A model generated the notes under the pieces. It saw only the letters and a list, made by a program, of their open reading frames with translations. It did no database searches and was not told the DNA's origin. From Thermoproteota archaeon (GTDB lineage: Archaea > Korarchaeota > Korarchaeia > Korarchaeales > JAOZGB01): a stretch of DNA of 64,000 nt. Location of the stretch: the NCBI GenBank assembly GCA_037917685.1, contig JAVCBU010000012.1, positions 192,001 through 256,000 of the forward strand, given 5' to 3'. Below, in pieces: positions 1-8,185 of the stretch. Position 1 is the stretch's first letter, and the number at the start of each line of letters is the position of its first letter. The translations under genes and the position numbers were made by a program.

Positions 1-708
1 ACGGAATGTAAGCTTGGAAGTGAGCACGAGGTAAGATCGAAGCTGGGTAAAATATTTGAAAGCACTAAGGGTTTAGTTGCAGTAGGTATCGGCGAGCTTG
101 ATTTAGATCGGTTAAAATCAATATTCAAATCTGCGTCAAAAACTGGTAGGGAACTAGTGATCCCGCTTAGAACAGCTTTTATAATCAATGTTGTATCTTC
201 GGATCCCAAGTTGAGAATGCCACATATGGAGGATGTTAAAGTATATGTTAAGGAGAAGAGAAGGTACCGTCAGTTTGAAAAGTTTCTCCTGGGCGAACTT
301 GAAGATAAGGGATTAGAACCTGTCTCAACAGAGTATATCAGTAAGAACCAGAAGTCAACCGTTATGGTAGCGAACTATTACCATATGGAAGAACTTGCGA
401 GAATTAAACCTATGAGTGGTAGCGTATACATACTTTCGTCCACGGAACCATTTAATGAGGAAAGTGAAATGAGATATGAGAGACTTCAGGAATGGTTAAG
501 GTTCCTTGGGCTTCCGATGTACCTGTTACACGCTTCAGGACATGCTGATGCTTTAGACATAAGGTACTTAGTTGAAAGCGTGAAGCCAAGAGCTGTGGTT
601 CCGGTTCATACCGAGGATGGCGGGGTATTTCGGAAATTTGTTAATATCGAAGGGATTCAAGTTAGATGTGTGAAGGAGGGAGAAACTATCTCTACACTAA
701 GTATGTGA
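1..708 (+). CDS. MBL-fold metallo-hydrolase, RNase J/beta-CASP-like, C-terminal part (5' truncated by window edge)
   Basis: Frame 1 is open from base 1. C-terminal HASGHA and VVPVHTE motifs are typical of the RNase J/RMMBL region. Confidence 0.8.
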   Translation, partial: TECKLGSEHEVRSKLGKIFESTKGLVAVGIGELDLDRLKSIFKSASKTGRELVIPLRTAFIINVVSSDPKLRMPHMEDVKVYVKEKRRYRQFEKFLLGELEDKGLEPVSTEYISKNQKSTVMVANYYHMEELARIKPMSGSVYILSSTEPFNEESEMRYERLQEWLRFLGLPMYLLHASGHADALDIRYLVESVKPRAVVPVHTEDGGVFRKFVNIEGIQVRCVKEGETISTLSM

Positions 709-1201
709 ATGGTACGTGTTTCTCCCCTTTAGACACCCATTTCGTCATTAAGTATGCGTCTTCTCCGTCCATGTAGTATTTCGAGATTCTCTTTGTTATT
801 TCAAAACCCATCTTCTCGTACAGGTTGATCGCCGGCTTATTTGAAACCCGTACCTCGAGGTAAAAGCCGTCAACCTTGTCTGCAAGGTTTTTTATTACCC
901 CTTTAATTAGGGCGGTACCGACGCCTTTCCTCCTGTATCTCTCGTCTACAGCGATGGAGACTATATGTGCCCATTTTATCTTCTTGAAAAGGCTATAAGA
1001 GACTTCTAGCCTACACATAATATACCCTATCACTTTGTCCTCGACTATGGCAACTAGAAACCCATCTGGACAATTGTTGTATAGGCTTCTAAAGAAATAT
1101 TCAGGGTAGTTCTCCGGTAAGAATACTTTGTTTATCCTCCTAACTGCGTCTAGGTCTTCTAATCTAAACTTTCTAATCGTGAATAGCTTCCCCTCCCCCA
1201 T
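692..1201 (-). CDS. rimI: GNAT N-acetyltransferase (RimI/Ard1 family)
   Basis: LPENYP, HIVSIAV..YRRKGVG, YLEVRVSN.PAI.LY, YY.DGEDAYLM motifs. Confidence 0.93.
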   Translation of the reverse strand: MGEGKLFTIRKFRLEDLDAVRRINKVFLPENYPEYFFRSLYNNCPDGFLVAIVEDKVIGYIMCRLEVSYSLFKKIKWAHIVSIAVDERYRRKGVGTALIKGVIKNLADKVDGFYLEVRVSNKPAINLYEKMGFEITKRISKYYMDGEDAYLMTKWVSKGEKHVPFTYLV

Positions 1202-1565
1202 CTCCTTCCTCCTTCTCTAAGGTGAGGGCTACTCCTGTAGCTATGGTTTTAGCCTCTAAAAGCCCCCCCTCTACTCTTCCAATAGGAGACATAGGAAATG
1301 ATGGGTTCATATCTGTTAGTGCTACTATTAGTGCTCTAGACATAGGAGAATATGCTACATGGCCCTCCGGAAGTTTTTTGGCCTCTTTCTCTAAGCCGAT
1401 TTCCAGGTCTACCGGAACTTGAAGGAATTTACTTGTTTTTATGGCCATAGTTTTGATGGGTGTCAGCCTAAGAAGTCTTGACACTGTTAAGGGTGATGAT
1501 GCCTTATCTAACTTTACGATTATCTTCTTCCCTGTAGCATCTACTATTTTTATCCTTCCACACAT
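1173..1565 (-). CDS. Cyclophilin-like fold protein (TM1367/DUF369-like)
   Basis: SPLTV..L....P, G.VAYSP..ALIV, SPIGRV pattern; size 130 aa. Confidence 0.6.
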   Translation of the reverse strand: MCGRIKIVDATGKKIIVKLDKASSPLTVSRLLRLTPIKTMAIKTSKFLQVPVDLEIGLEKEAKKLPEGHVAYSPMSRALIVALTDMNPSFPMSPIGRVEGGLLEAKTIATGVALTLEKEEGDGGGEAIHD

Positions 1566-1583
1566 TGTGATCCCCTGATCCTT

Positions 1584-1808
1584 TCAGCTTATCCTACAGT
1601 ATATTTTCTGCTTTGAGTCTCCCATAACAAATTTGATCTTGCCTTCCCGCTCCATGAGTCTTAGGATGATTTTAGCAAGGCTAACCTTGATACCGTGTCT
1701 TGAAGCTATTTCTGAGGGTGTTATTACTTTAGCTTTCTCAAGATCTTTTTTAATTTTTTCAAGGAACTCTTTGTCAACTCTTGCTTCTATATAACTCCAA
1801 TCCATCAT
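1584..1808 (-). CDS. rps25e: 30S ribosomal protein S25e
   Basis: KIKKDLEKAKVITPSEIASRHGIKVSLAKIILR.MEREGKIK.V......KIY is the S25e winged-helix signature. Confidence 0.88.
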   Translation of the reverse strand: MMDWSYIEARVDKEFLEKIKKDLEKAKVITPSEIASRHGIKVSLAKIILRLMEREGKIKFVMGDSKQKIYCRIS

Positions 1809-2743
1809 TACATCCCTAGCTGCTTCCTTAGCTCCATGAGTTGTCTCTCTATTTCTTTAAATCTTTCCTTATACTCCATCTCTATCATTTTTTTCTTTCT
1901 TTGAAGCAGCTTAATCTTTGCAGCTGCTATTATCTTATCTATATTTGAAATATCCTCCCTTATCATTGATAATATCTTGTCTTTAAGTGTATCGCAAATA
2001 TAGCCTTTCTCCTTGTCCTCGCTAACTTTAGAAGAAATGCTTAAAAGCTGGTTTTTAAGGTTGTCAAGATATGAAATCTCTGCTTCGGTCAGTTCTGGCA
2101 TCTCAAACACCCCAGGTTCAATGGATGGGGATACTAAGGGTTTTGTCTCCAGTTTCGGGGCCTCCCCAGGTTTGAACTCTTCTTCTAAGGGTTTGGAAGT
2201 CGGTATTTCAAGAGGTAGGCGTTCCTCTGGTGGTTTTTCCGGGAGGGGACGAGGCTCTTCTGGTGGTTTTTCCGGGAGGGGACGAGGCTCTTCTGGTGGT
2301 TTTTCTTCCATTGCTGGTTTTTCTGCGGCTCTCAGAGCCATTTCAAGCCTTTTCTCAAGATCTTGGACATCGGTGGTAGGGGGTTTTGTTTTTTCTTCTA
2401 TTTTTTCCCTAATCCAGAATGGGAGTTCTTCCTCCTCCTCTTTCTCAGGTTCCTCCTGGGGTGGCAATGCGGACACCTCAAAACTTTCCACTGGCTTAGG
2501 AGGTGGAGCCTCCTCTACTTTCCCGGACGGCTTAGGTAAGGCCTCTTCCAGTCCGGGGATTTCGAAAGATTCAGGTTGTTTTCTACCTTTAATAAGTACT
2601 ACTATAACTGTAGAAGCGAGGGCAATTATTATTACAGTGAGTAGAAATATTTCAGGCACATTTAATGGTGGAGGGAGTACGCTTACTAACCTATTTAGGA
2701 ATTGTAATATGTTTGATATAAACCGTGGGAGGTATCCGTACAA
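1808..2743 (-). CDS. Membrane-anchored Pro/Glu-rich protein with C-terminal helical/coiled-coil domain
   Basis: N-terminal TM helix (IFLLTVIIIALASTVIVVLI), long P/E/K-rich linker with repeats, heptad-like C-terminus. Stop overlaps the rps25e start. Confidence 0.75.
   Translation of the reverse strand: MYGYLPRFISNILQFLNRLVSVLPPPLNVPEIFLLTVIIIALASTVIVVLIKGRKQPESFEIPGLEEALPKPSGKVEEAPPPKPVESFEVSALPPQEEPEKEEEEELPFWIREKIEEKTKPPTTDVQDLEKRLEMALRAAEKPAMEEKPPEEPRPLPEKPPEEPRPLPEKPPEERLPLEIPTSKPLEEEFKPGEAPKLETKPLVSPSIEPGVFEMPELTEAEISYLDNLKNQLLSISSKVSEDKEKGYICDTLKDKILSMIREDISNIDKIIAAAKIKLLQRKKKMIEMEYKERFKEIERQLMELRKQLGM
2226..2305 (-). repeat. 33-bp coding tandem repeat, about 2.4 copies (EKPPEEPRPLP)
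   Basis: tctggtggtttttccgggaggggacgaggctct at 2226-2258 and 2259-2291, plus a partial third copy. Confidence 0.95.
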
Positions 2744-2746
2744 GTT

Positions 2747-3487
2747 TTATCCCTCAAGACTTAGATTGACTATTCGAACTAATAAAGCTATCGTAAGATC
2801 CCCGTAGAGCAAGGATAAAATTAGACCGAATGTTAGGAATACTATAAAGGGTATGCCTGGGGTAACCCATACATAGTCATTTTCAAAGTTTTCCTTTCTT
2901 TCGATGTAAGATTCGATCTTTGGGAGGAAAACAAACTTTCTAGCACCATTCAACTTTTTCTCCATAATCGCATGAAACCTTATTGTTCCGACTTTAGAGG
3001 GTTTAACAGGCCTCCCGATAAGAACAGCGATAATTTTTCTATGGAAGGGCTCGTCAAATCCATGAAATATCGGTTTTCCCTTTATAATTAAGGATGAATT
3101 GTGGATTAGGTTGAAAATTGGAAGGGAAAGAGATAAGATATTAGCGTTTATGAAAACTGTTAAAGGAAAAGAAACTAACACTGGATTCCTAGTCGGAAAG
3201 GGGGGGTATGGTAATAGTAAGGAGAGCGACAGTAGGGCTTTAATGTCTGCACCCCCATAGAGGCCTAGAAACCATAAGATTCCTGATAAAATAAGAGTAG
3301 GTAAGATAGCCATTGCGGCGAAGATGTAAGTTTCGTATTTAAACGTTTCATATGCTGTCATTAAAACTCCGCTGGAGATCATAGCTATCCAGATTCTGTT
3401 GTCAATCATTCTAGTTTTATAGTCTTGAATTGAAGCAGCGGAGAGTCCGATAAATGAGATGAGAACTTTAAATAGGCCTGTTCTCAT
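2747..3487 (-). CDS. Prepilin/prearchaellin peptidase (A24, FlaK/PibD type)
   Basis: ASIQDYKTRMIDN (first Asp), GGADIKAL (GxGD), C-terminal VWVTPGIPFIVFL. Confidence 0.92.
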   Translation of the reverse strand: MRTGLFKVLISFIGLSAASIQDYKTRMIDNRIWIAMISSGVLMTAYETFKYETYIFAAMAILPTLILSGILWFLGLYGGADIKALLSLSLLLPYPPFPTRNPVLVSFPLTVFINANILSLSLPIFNLIHNSSLIIKGKPIFHGFDEPFHRKIIAVLIGRPVKPSKVGTIRFHAIMEKKLNGARKFVFLPKIESYIERKENFENDYVWVTPGIPFIVFLTFGLILSLLYGDLTIALLVRIVNLSLEG

Positions 3488-4625
3488 TTATGGCACCTCT
3501 TAGTCTCATATTAATTTCACGTTGAATCCTCTCAAACTCTGCCTTGATCGTCTCTAATTCGTTCTTGACACTATCTCTCCTCTCTTCTAGGGTTCTGACT
3601 TCGTTGATAAGGTTTGAAAGCTCGGATAGTAATTTCTGCTTCCTGGAATTGAGATCTTTTACTTCTTTCGCTAATTCTTCCTTGTTTTCTCTTAATTTCT
3701 CAGTTTCTTTTTCAAGCCTTCTTTTTTCTTTTTCGTAATTTTTAATCTCCATAGATTTAGCCGTAATCATTTTCTCTTTTTCTGATAATTCTAACTCTTT
3801 AGATTTGAGTTTATCAGCTCTTTCCACTATATCTTTAACCACCCTGCTTAACTGCCCTGTTTCCCTCTCTAGTATGTCGATGAATGATTTAAGTTTGGAT
3901 ACAAGTTCATCCTGCCTTTTCACGGCTGTCAAATACCTTTCAAACCTATCTCCGATTGTTCTAAACATGTTTGAAGCAGAGCTTGAAGCTATATTTATGT
4001 CTTCTACAAGTTTTCCTATCCTCTCTGTGAGCAGGTTCAGTTCTTTTGACGTTGTAGTTTTCTCCGATTTTAGTTCATCGAGTTCTATTTTAAGTCTCTC
4101 TACTTCAGCTGCTAGTTTAGACCTCTCCTCTGAGAGCTGGGATATATTGCTTCTTAGGATTTTAAGTGTTTCCTCTGAGGACTGGATATCTGACCGCAGA
4201 GATTTAAGATTTCTTTCTAGTGTCCGCTTTTCCTTCTTGAGAGCGAGAATTGACTTGTTGTAGGTGTCAACAGTCTCGGATAGCCTTTCCTTATCCTCCT
4301 GCAATATTGAAACCTGGTTCTTGAGCTTTTCAAGCTGTACGTCGAGTTTCTTATACTCTCTCTCCAGTTCCCCTTTCTTAGTTTTAAGCTCGGATGTTTG
4401 TTTTTTAAGGGTGGAAAGCTCTTTCCTCGTTCTTTCCACTTCTTTATTAAGACTTTTTAGTTTCGCATCCGCTTCATCTATCCGACTTAGGAGTTCATCC
4501 CTTTTTCGCCTTAGCATGTCTATGTCCTCGATTATCTTCGATTTAACCAAGGAGGCTGTTTCTTTAAGCTCTTTGAGAGACTCTTCAGCCAGTCTTCTAA
4601 TATTGTTGAGGTCAGAGGATGCCAA
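3468..4625 (-). CDS. Long coiled-coil protein without recognisable ATPase head
   Basis: Near-continuous E/K/L heptads and no Walker A/B. The ORF track starts at 4853, but the upstream part is the shadow of the divergent gene. TTG at 4625 chosen, downstream of a TATA-like box. Confidence 0.75.
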   Translation of the reverse strand: MASSDLNNIRRLAEESLKELKETASLVKSKIIEDIDMLRRKRDELLSRIDEADAKLKSLNKEVERTRKELSTLKKQTSELKTKKGELEREYKKLDVQLEKLKNQVSILQEDKERLSETVDTYNKSILALKKEKRTLERNLKSLRSDIQSSEETLKILRSNISQLSEERSKLAAEVERLKIELDELKSEKTTTSKELNLLTERIGKLVEDINIASSSASNMFRTIGDRFERYLTAVKRQDELVSKLKSFIDILERETGQLSRVVKDIVERADKLKSKELELSEKEKMITAKSMEIKNYEKEKRRLEKETEKLRENKEELAKEVKDLNSRKQKLLSELSNLINEVRTLEERRDSVKNELETIKAEFERIQREINMRLRGAINENRPI

Positions 4626-4667
4626 GATAGTCTCACCGGAGTTATATTTGAAAACTTTACCCTCCCC

Positions 4668-4680
4668 AATTATAAATAAT
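4668..4680. promoter_or_regulatory. Putative TATA element between divergent coiled-coil and ScpA-like genes
   Basis: AATTATAAATAAT in the very short divergent spacer. Confidence 0.4.
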
Positions 4681-5418
4681 ATGCCCTGGAAGTTAGGTAA
4701 AATTACTAGGAAAATATTAAGTTTGAGAGAGAAGGTTTCAATTGGGCTTATCGACCCGCTTAACGTTAGACTCAAACCCGTTATTAACAGCCTTATAGAG
4801 GTAACTAGGAGTGCAAGGTTAGATGACTTAAGACATGTTGGTCTAACTATCAACGGTGTCTCTGAGATTCTCCTTGAAAAGGTAAAATCTGGTGTAAGAA
4901 AGGCTAAAATTGCCCCCTACCCAGACCCTTTAAGATTTATCGGCATGATAGACATAAATGATCTAGTAGAATGTTTGAAATCGAATTGGAGACCTATCCT
5001 CTCCATCTCGGGCGTTGTTTCAGTTGACGTTCTGTACACTATGGTTATGTCCTTTTTTGACAAACCGGATAGGTTTGGCGAGAATTTGAAAACCATATTT
5101 CCAGGTGTTTTCAGAGGATACGAAGTTTACGAAAGACTTTCGGACGAGATTGAGAGGTTTAAGACTGAAACTTTAAGTAAAATCTCGGAGAAAGGCTACG
5201 CCGATCTCATGGATATTGTGGTTGTGGGGTCCTGGGAGGAAACTGTTAGAAGGGCTGCGTTAGTCAATTTTCTGCTGGACTCTGGAGATCTGCAACTTGT
5301 AAAGAGGGGGGATAAAGCCGTCCTTGTCCTTGGGAAGCGGTATAGAGATAAAAAGGACTCATGGGCTAGAGTATGGGTTGTAAGAAGGAAGCATAACAGG
5401 ATTGAAATAGTGGTATAA
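4681..5418 (+). CDS. Divergent ScpA/kleisin-like segregation-condensation protein
   Basis: N-terminal GLIDPLNVRL..VINSL....LDDLRHVG..I..VSEIL.EK resembles ScpA IDPWDIDI...DLR.SG..L..ASILL..K. C-terminal ADLMDIV..SWEETVRRAALVNFLLDSGDLQL resembles the kleisin C-terminal winged helix. Start is ATG 4681 or TTG 4723. Confidence 0.6.
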   Translation: MPWKLGKITRKILSLREKVSIGLIDPLNVRLKPVINSLIEVTRSARLDDLRHVGLTINGVSEILLEKVKSGVRKAKIAPYPDPLRFIGMIDINDLVECLKSNWRPILSISGVVSVDVLYTMVMSFFDKPDRFGENLKTIFPGVFRGYEVYERLSDEIERFKTETLSKISEKGYADLMDIVVVGSWEETVRRAALVNFLLDSGDLQLVKRGDKAVLVLGKRYRDKKDSWARVWVVRRKHNRIEIVV

Positions 5419-5483
5419 ATAGGTTCAGTGATCATTGAACCATCAGATAAATTTAAAAAGACATGGCTGGTAAGGTTTAAAAG

Positions 5484-6101
5484 ATGGCTTCTGAAGCTCC
5501 ATTTCATGTTTTCACAATAGATGATGAGAGAATTGAGATATTAGCTAAAGAACTCTCTAACGAGACAGGGAGAAAGATATTGGTTGAGCTTTCGACAGGT
5601 TCGAAGACTGCTAGTGAACTTGCAAGAAAACTTTCCCTCCCGATGCCTACTGTCCTTTTCCACATTGAAAGGCTTGTTCAGGCAGGGCTAATAGAAGTCG
5701 AAGCTGTCAGAGCTGGAAGCAGAGGACGTGTCAAGATCTATACGTCTTCACCTAAAGCCATACTATTAATTACAAGTAGAGGAGAGCCCAGAGAGGTTTT
5801 AAAAAAAGTTTATGACCATTTTATTAGGTCATTCGATAGGCTTTTGAGAATGCCAGTGTTAGCCACCACTCTACTACTGGTGGCATTAACTTTGTTTGCA
5901 GGGTTCTCTCGTTATGCAAATTTACAGGTTTACCCGGAGAAGGTTGCAGCTCCTGAAAAATATGGTGGCGAAAGGGATTTATCTCAGGTATCAGCCCAAC
6001 AAGCTGGGTACGGTTTGTTGGAGATTGCTGGAGCATGCATAATTTCCATGCTAGCTACGCTCTTAGCTGTAAAGATAGCTGTGAGAAGGGCGAATTTCTA
6101 G
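5484..6101 (+). CDS. ArsR-type HTH regulator with two C-terminal TM helices
   Basis: ELSNETGRKIL..L....TASELARKL.LP.PTV.FHI.RL..AGLI HTH followed by two hydrophobic segments. Confidence 0.85.
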   Translation: MASEAPFHVFTIDDERIEILAKELSNETGRKILVELSTGSKTASELARKLSLPMPTVLFHIERLVQAGLIEVEAVRAGSRGRVKIYTSSPKAILLITSRGEPREVLKKVYDHFIRSFDRLLRMPVLATTLLLVALTLFAGFSRYANLQVYPEKVAAPEKYGGERDLSQVSAQQAGYGLLEIAGACIISMLATLLAVKIAVRRANF

Positions 6102-7279
6102 TCTTCGCGTAGAATAGTTTTCGTGAATGTAGAAAGAAGGGTTGCAGACGTCAAAGAAGTAATAGTGCTATAAATAAATGCTACAGTTACGCCGTATGAG
6201 TCCCAGAGAAAGCCAAATACAATGTTAGCAATTAAAGTGAAACATCCTACAACTAGATAGTAGACTCCATAGGCGGTGGCCCTTACATGAGGCTGAGATA
6301 GATTTGAAACAAGTGCTCGCTGAACTGTTTCTAGCATCCCTAGATAGAATCCATAGATGGCTGCCACCAATATAGAGACATATACTGTAGGGCCGCACAA
6401 TCCAGCTATTAGAGAGGATGCTGAAAACAGCATATATGTCAATACTAAGGTTTTGAGCCCACCCATCTTATCTGCTAAGATGCCGGATGGTATTCCGGCT
6501 ATTGTATGAGCTATATTTAAGCCAGCGTAGAGTAAGGGTATCGCTGCGACTTCTATACCCGACAGTCTTGCCCGTAAGAGGATAAATGAGAATCCATACG
6601 AGCCAAGGGTGAAAAGTGCGACAATAACAAGGAAGATTCTATATCCTCCGTAAAGCACTTCTCTGACGTTTGATATAAGATTCTGTTTTTTAGGTGCAGC
6701 CCTTTTAACCTCTTTAACGAAGAACAGTAGTATGAGCAGGGCTGCAAGACCAGGTATAAGTGATGCTAGGAATACACCTCTAAAATATATCACTGGCAAT
6801 AGTAGGGAGGCGAGTGCGGGGCCAACTATAGCCCCCATTTGATCTAAGGTTCTGTGAATGCCAAAAGCTCTTCCAACCATTCCCTTCCTAGCCGATTCCG
6901 ACAGTAAGGCGTCTCTAGCTGAGGTTCTAATGCCTTTTCCGACTCTATCCATGGACCTTACAAGTAGAGCCTGTGTCCACGTATTCGTAAATGCAAACAA
7001 TGGTTTGGAAAAGTTTGAGACCGCATATCCAAGTATGACTATCCTTTTCCTCACACCAAGAATATCGGATATTACGCCTGAGAAAACCCTGAAAAGATAG
7101 TTAAGTAAGTCGGCTACTCCTTCTATTAATCCAACTATTACTCTGCTCCCACCTAACTGCTCAACTATGAAAACAGGCAAGAGTCCAAGGATCATTTCAG
7201 TTGAAAAATCGGTGAAGAAACTCACAAGGCCAAGTGCGATAATATTCCCAAAGCCGGGTTTCTCACCGTTCTCTTCCAC
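6098..7279 (-). CDS. MFS transporter
   Basis: About 12 TM segments; SFFTDFSTEMI, ISD.LGVRK, DRVGKGIRTSARDALL, GRAFG.HRTLDQ.GA. Confidence 0.93.
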   Translation of the reverse strand: MEENGEKPGFGNIIALGLVSFFTDFSTEMILGLLPVFIVEQLGGSRVIVGLIEGVADLLNYLFRVFSGVISDILGVRKRIVILGYAVSNFSKPLFAFTNTWTQALLVRSMDRVGKGIRTSARDALLSESARKGMVGRAFGIHRTLDQMGAIVGPALASLLLPVIYFRGVFLASLIPGLAALLILLFFVKEVKRAAPKKQNLISNVREVLYGGYRIFLVIVALFTLGSYGFSFILLRARLSGIEVAAIPLLYAGLNIAHTIAGIPSGILADKMGGLKTLVLTYMLFSASSLIAGLCGPTVYVSILVAAIYGFYLGMLETVQRALVSNLSQPHVRATAYGVYYLVVGCFTLIANIVFGFLWDSYGVTVAFIYSTITSLTSATLLSTFTKTILRED

Positions 7280-7333
7280 GTTTTATGATTGATCTGAATA
7301 AAGTAATAACAGTTTTTATCAGTAATTTTCCAA

Positions 7334-8146
7334 TCATGTGAATTTGACGACAGACATGAGCTCTTTAATTCTAGCCCTTAACGTGACCTCTGTCACACCA
7401 GTAGCTACTGCAACGTCTTTCTGCCTGAGCTTCTCGCCATGCATCTGGGCTGCTATATAGAGAGATGCTGCTGCTATACCGTAAGGATTTCTACCTGGAG
7501 GTAGATGCTTCTCAGCCTTCCTAGCTATCTTAACCGCCTCGGATACAACACGATAATCTATTATAAGTTTCGAACTAACGTTGTAAACAATATTTTCAAT
7601 CCTTGGTGGAAGCGTCCTTATCCGGAGTTTCGACGCTAGAAGCCTGAAAGTCTTCCCCAGCCTTTTCGGATTTACGTCAAAGGCCTCAGCGATGCTCTCA
7701 ACCGAGATAGGGTGCCCTGAACGCCTGCATGCTGCGTAGGTGGATGCAGCAAGCACAACCCGGATATTCCTCCCAGATGTCATTTTAAGACTTACAGCTC
7801 TCCTATAAATGTGTACCGCATCCTGAATGATATGCTTAGGGAGGTTAAGCTTAGAAGCATTTCTTGATAGGATTTTAACAGCTCTTTGAAGCTTCTTTTC
7901 CGTGGAGGTTCTACTCCTGACTTGGGCCATTATCAGCCTTGAATCTCCGACCCCGGTGGAAAGGCCGAATCCGGCTTTTCCTATTGATATTGGTGGTCCT
8001 GTTCTTGCCTGTTCGAATCCGTACTCCTCAGGGGCCTGAGAAACCATGTGTTCCTGAAGTACGGTCCCACAGTTAGCACACACTAGCTCTCCAAGCTCCG
8101 GATACGCTACTAGTTTTTTACTGCCGCACTTTGGACATTTATCCAT
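7334..8146 (-). CDS. tfb: Transcription initiation factor IIB (TFB paralogue)
   Basis: Zn ribbon CPKC..GELVCANCG, two cyclin repeats, GRNPYGIAAASLYIA, GVTEVTLRAR.KEL. Confidence 0.93.
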   Translation of the reverse strand: MDKCPKCGSKKLVAYPELGELVCANCGTVLQEHMVSQAPEEYGFEQARTGPPISIGKAGFGLSTGVGDSRLIMAQVRSRTSTEKKLQRAVKILSRNASKLNLPKHIIQDAVHIYRRAVSLKMTSGRNIRVVLAASTYAACRRSGHPISVESIAEAFDVNPKRLGKTFRLLASKLRIRTLPPRIENIVYNVSSKLIIDYRVVSEAVKIARKAEKHLPPGRNPYGIAAASLYIAAQMHGEKLRQKDVAVATGVTEVTLRARIKELMSVVKFT

Positions 8147-8185
8147 CAGATTCTAGTGCCAGGTAAAGTTTAAAATAATGTATAT

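Noticed and set aside
2226-2305. 33-bp direct repeats as a possible mini-CRISPR
   Set aside because: The copies are contiguous with no spacers and are in frame within a CDS.
2013-2807. 264-aa Ser/Gly-rich ORF with GRGRGSSGGFS repeats (RGG-like)
   Set aside because: Antisense shadow of the Pro/Glu-rich gene, which has a TM helix and operon coupling.
4264-4680. Ser/Leu-rich N-terminal 139 aa of the 384-aa ORF
   Set aside because: Antisense shadow of E/K-rich coiled-coil codons; the real start is near 4681-4723.
3468-4853. Calling the coiled-coil protein SMC/Rad50
   Set aside because: No Walker A/B, signature, hinge or Zn-hook motif. The region 4626-4853 is mostly the shadow of the opposite gene.
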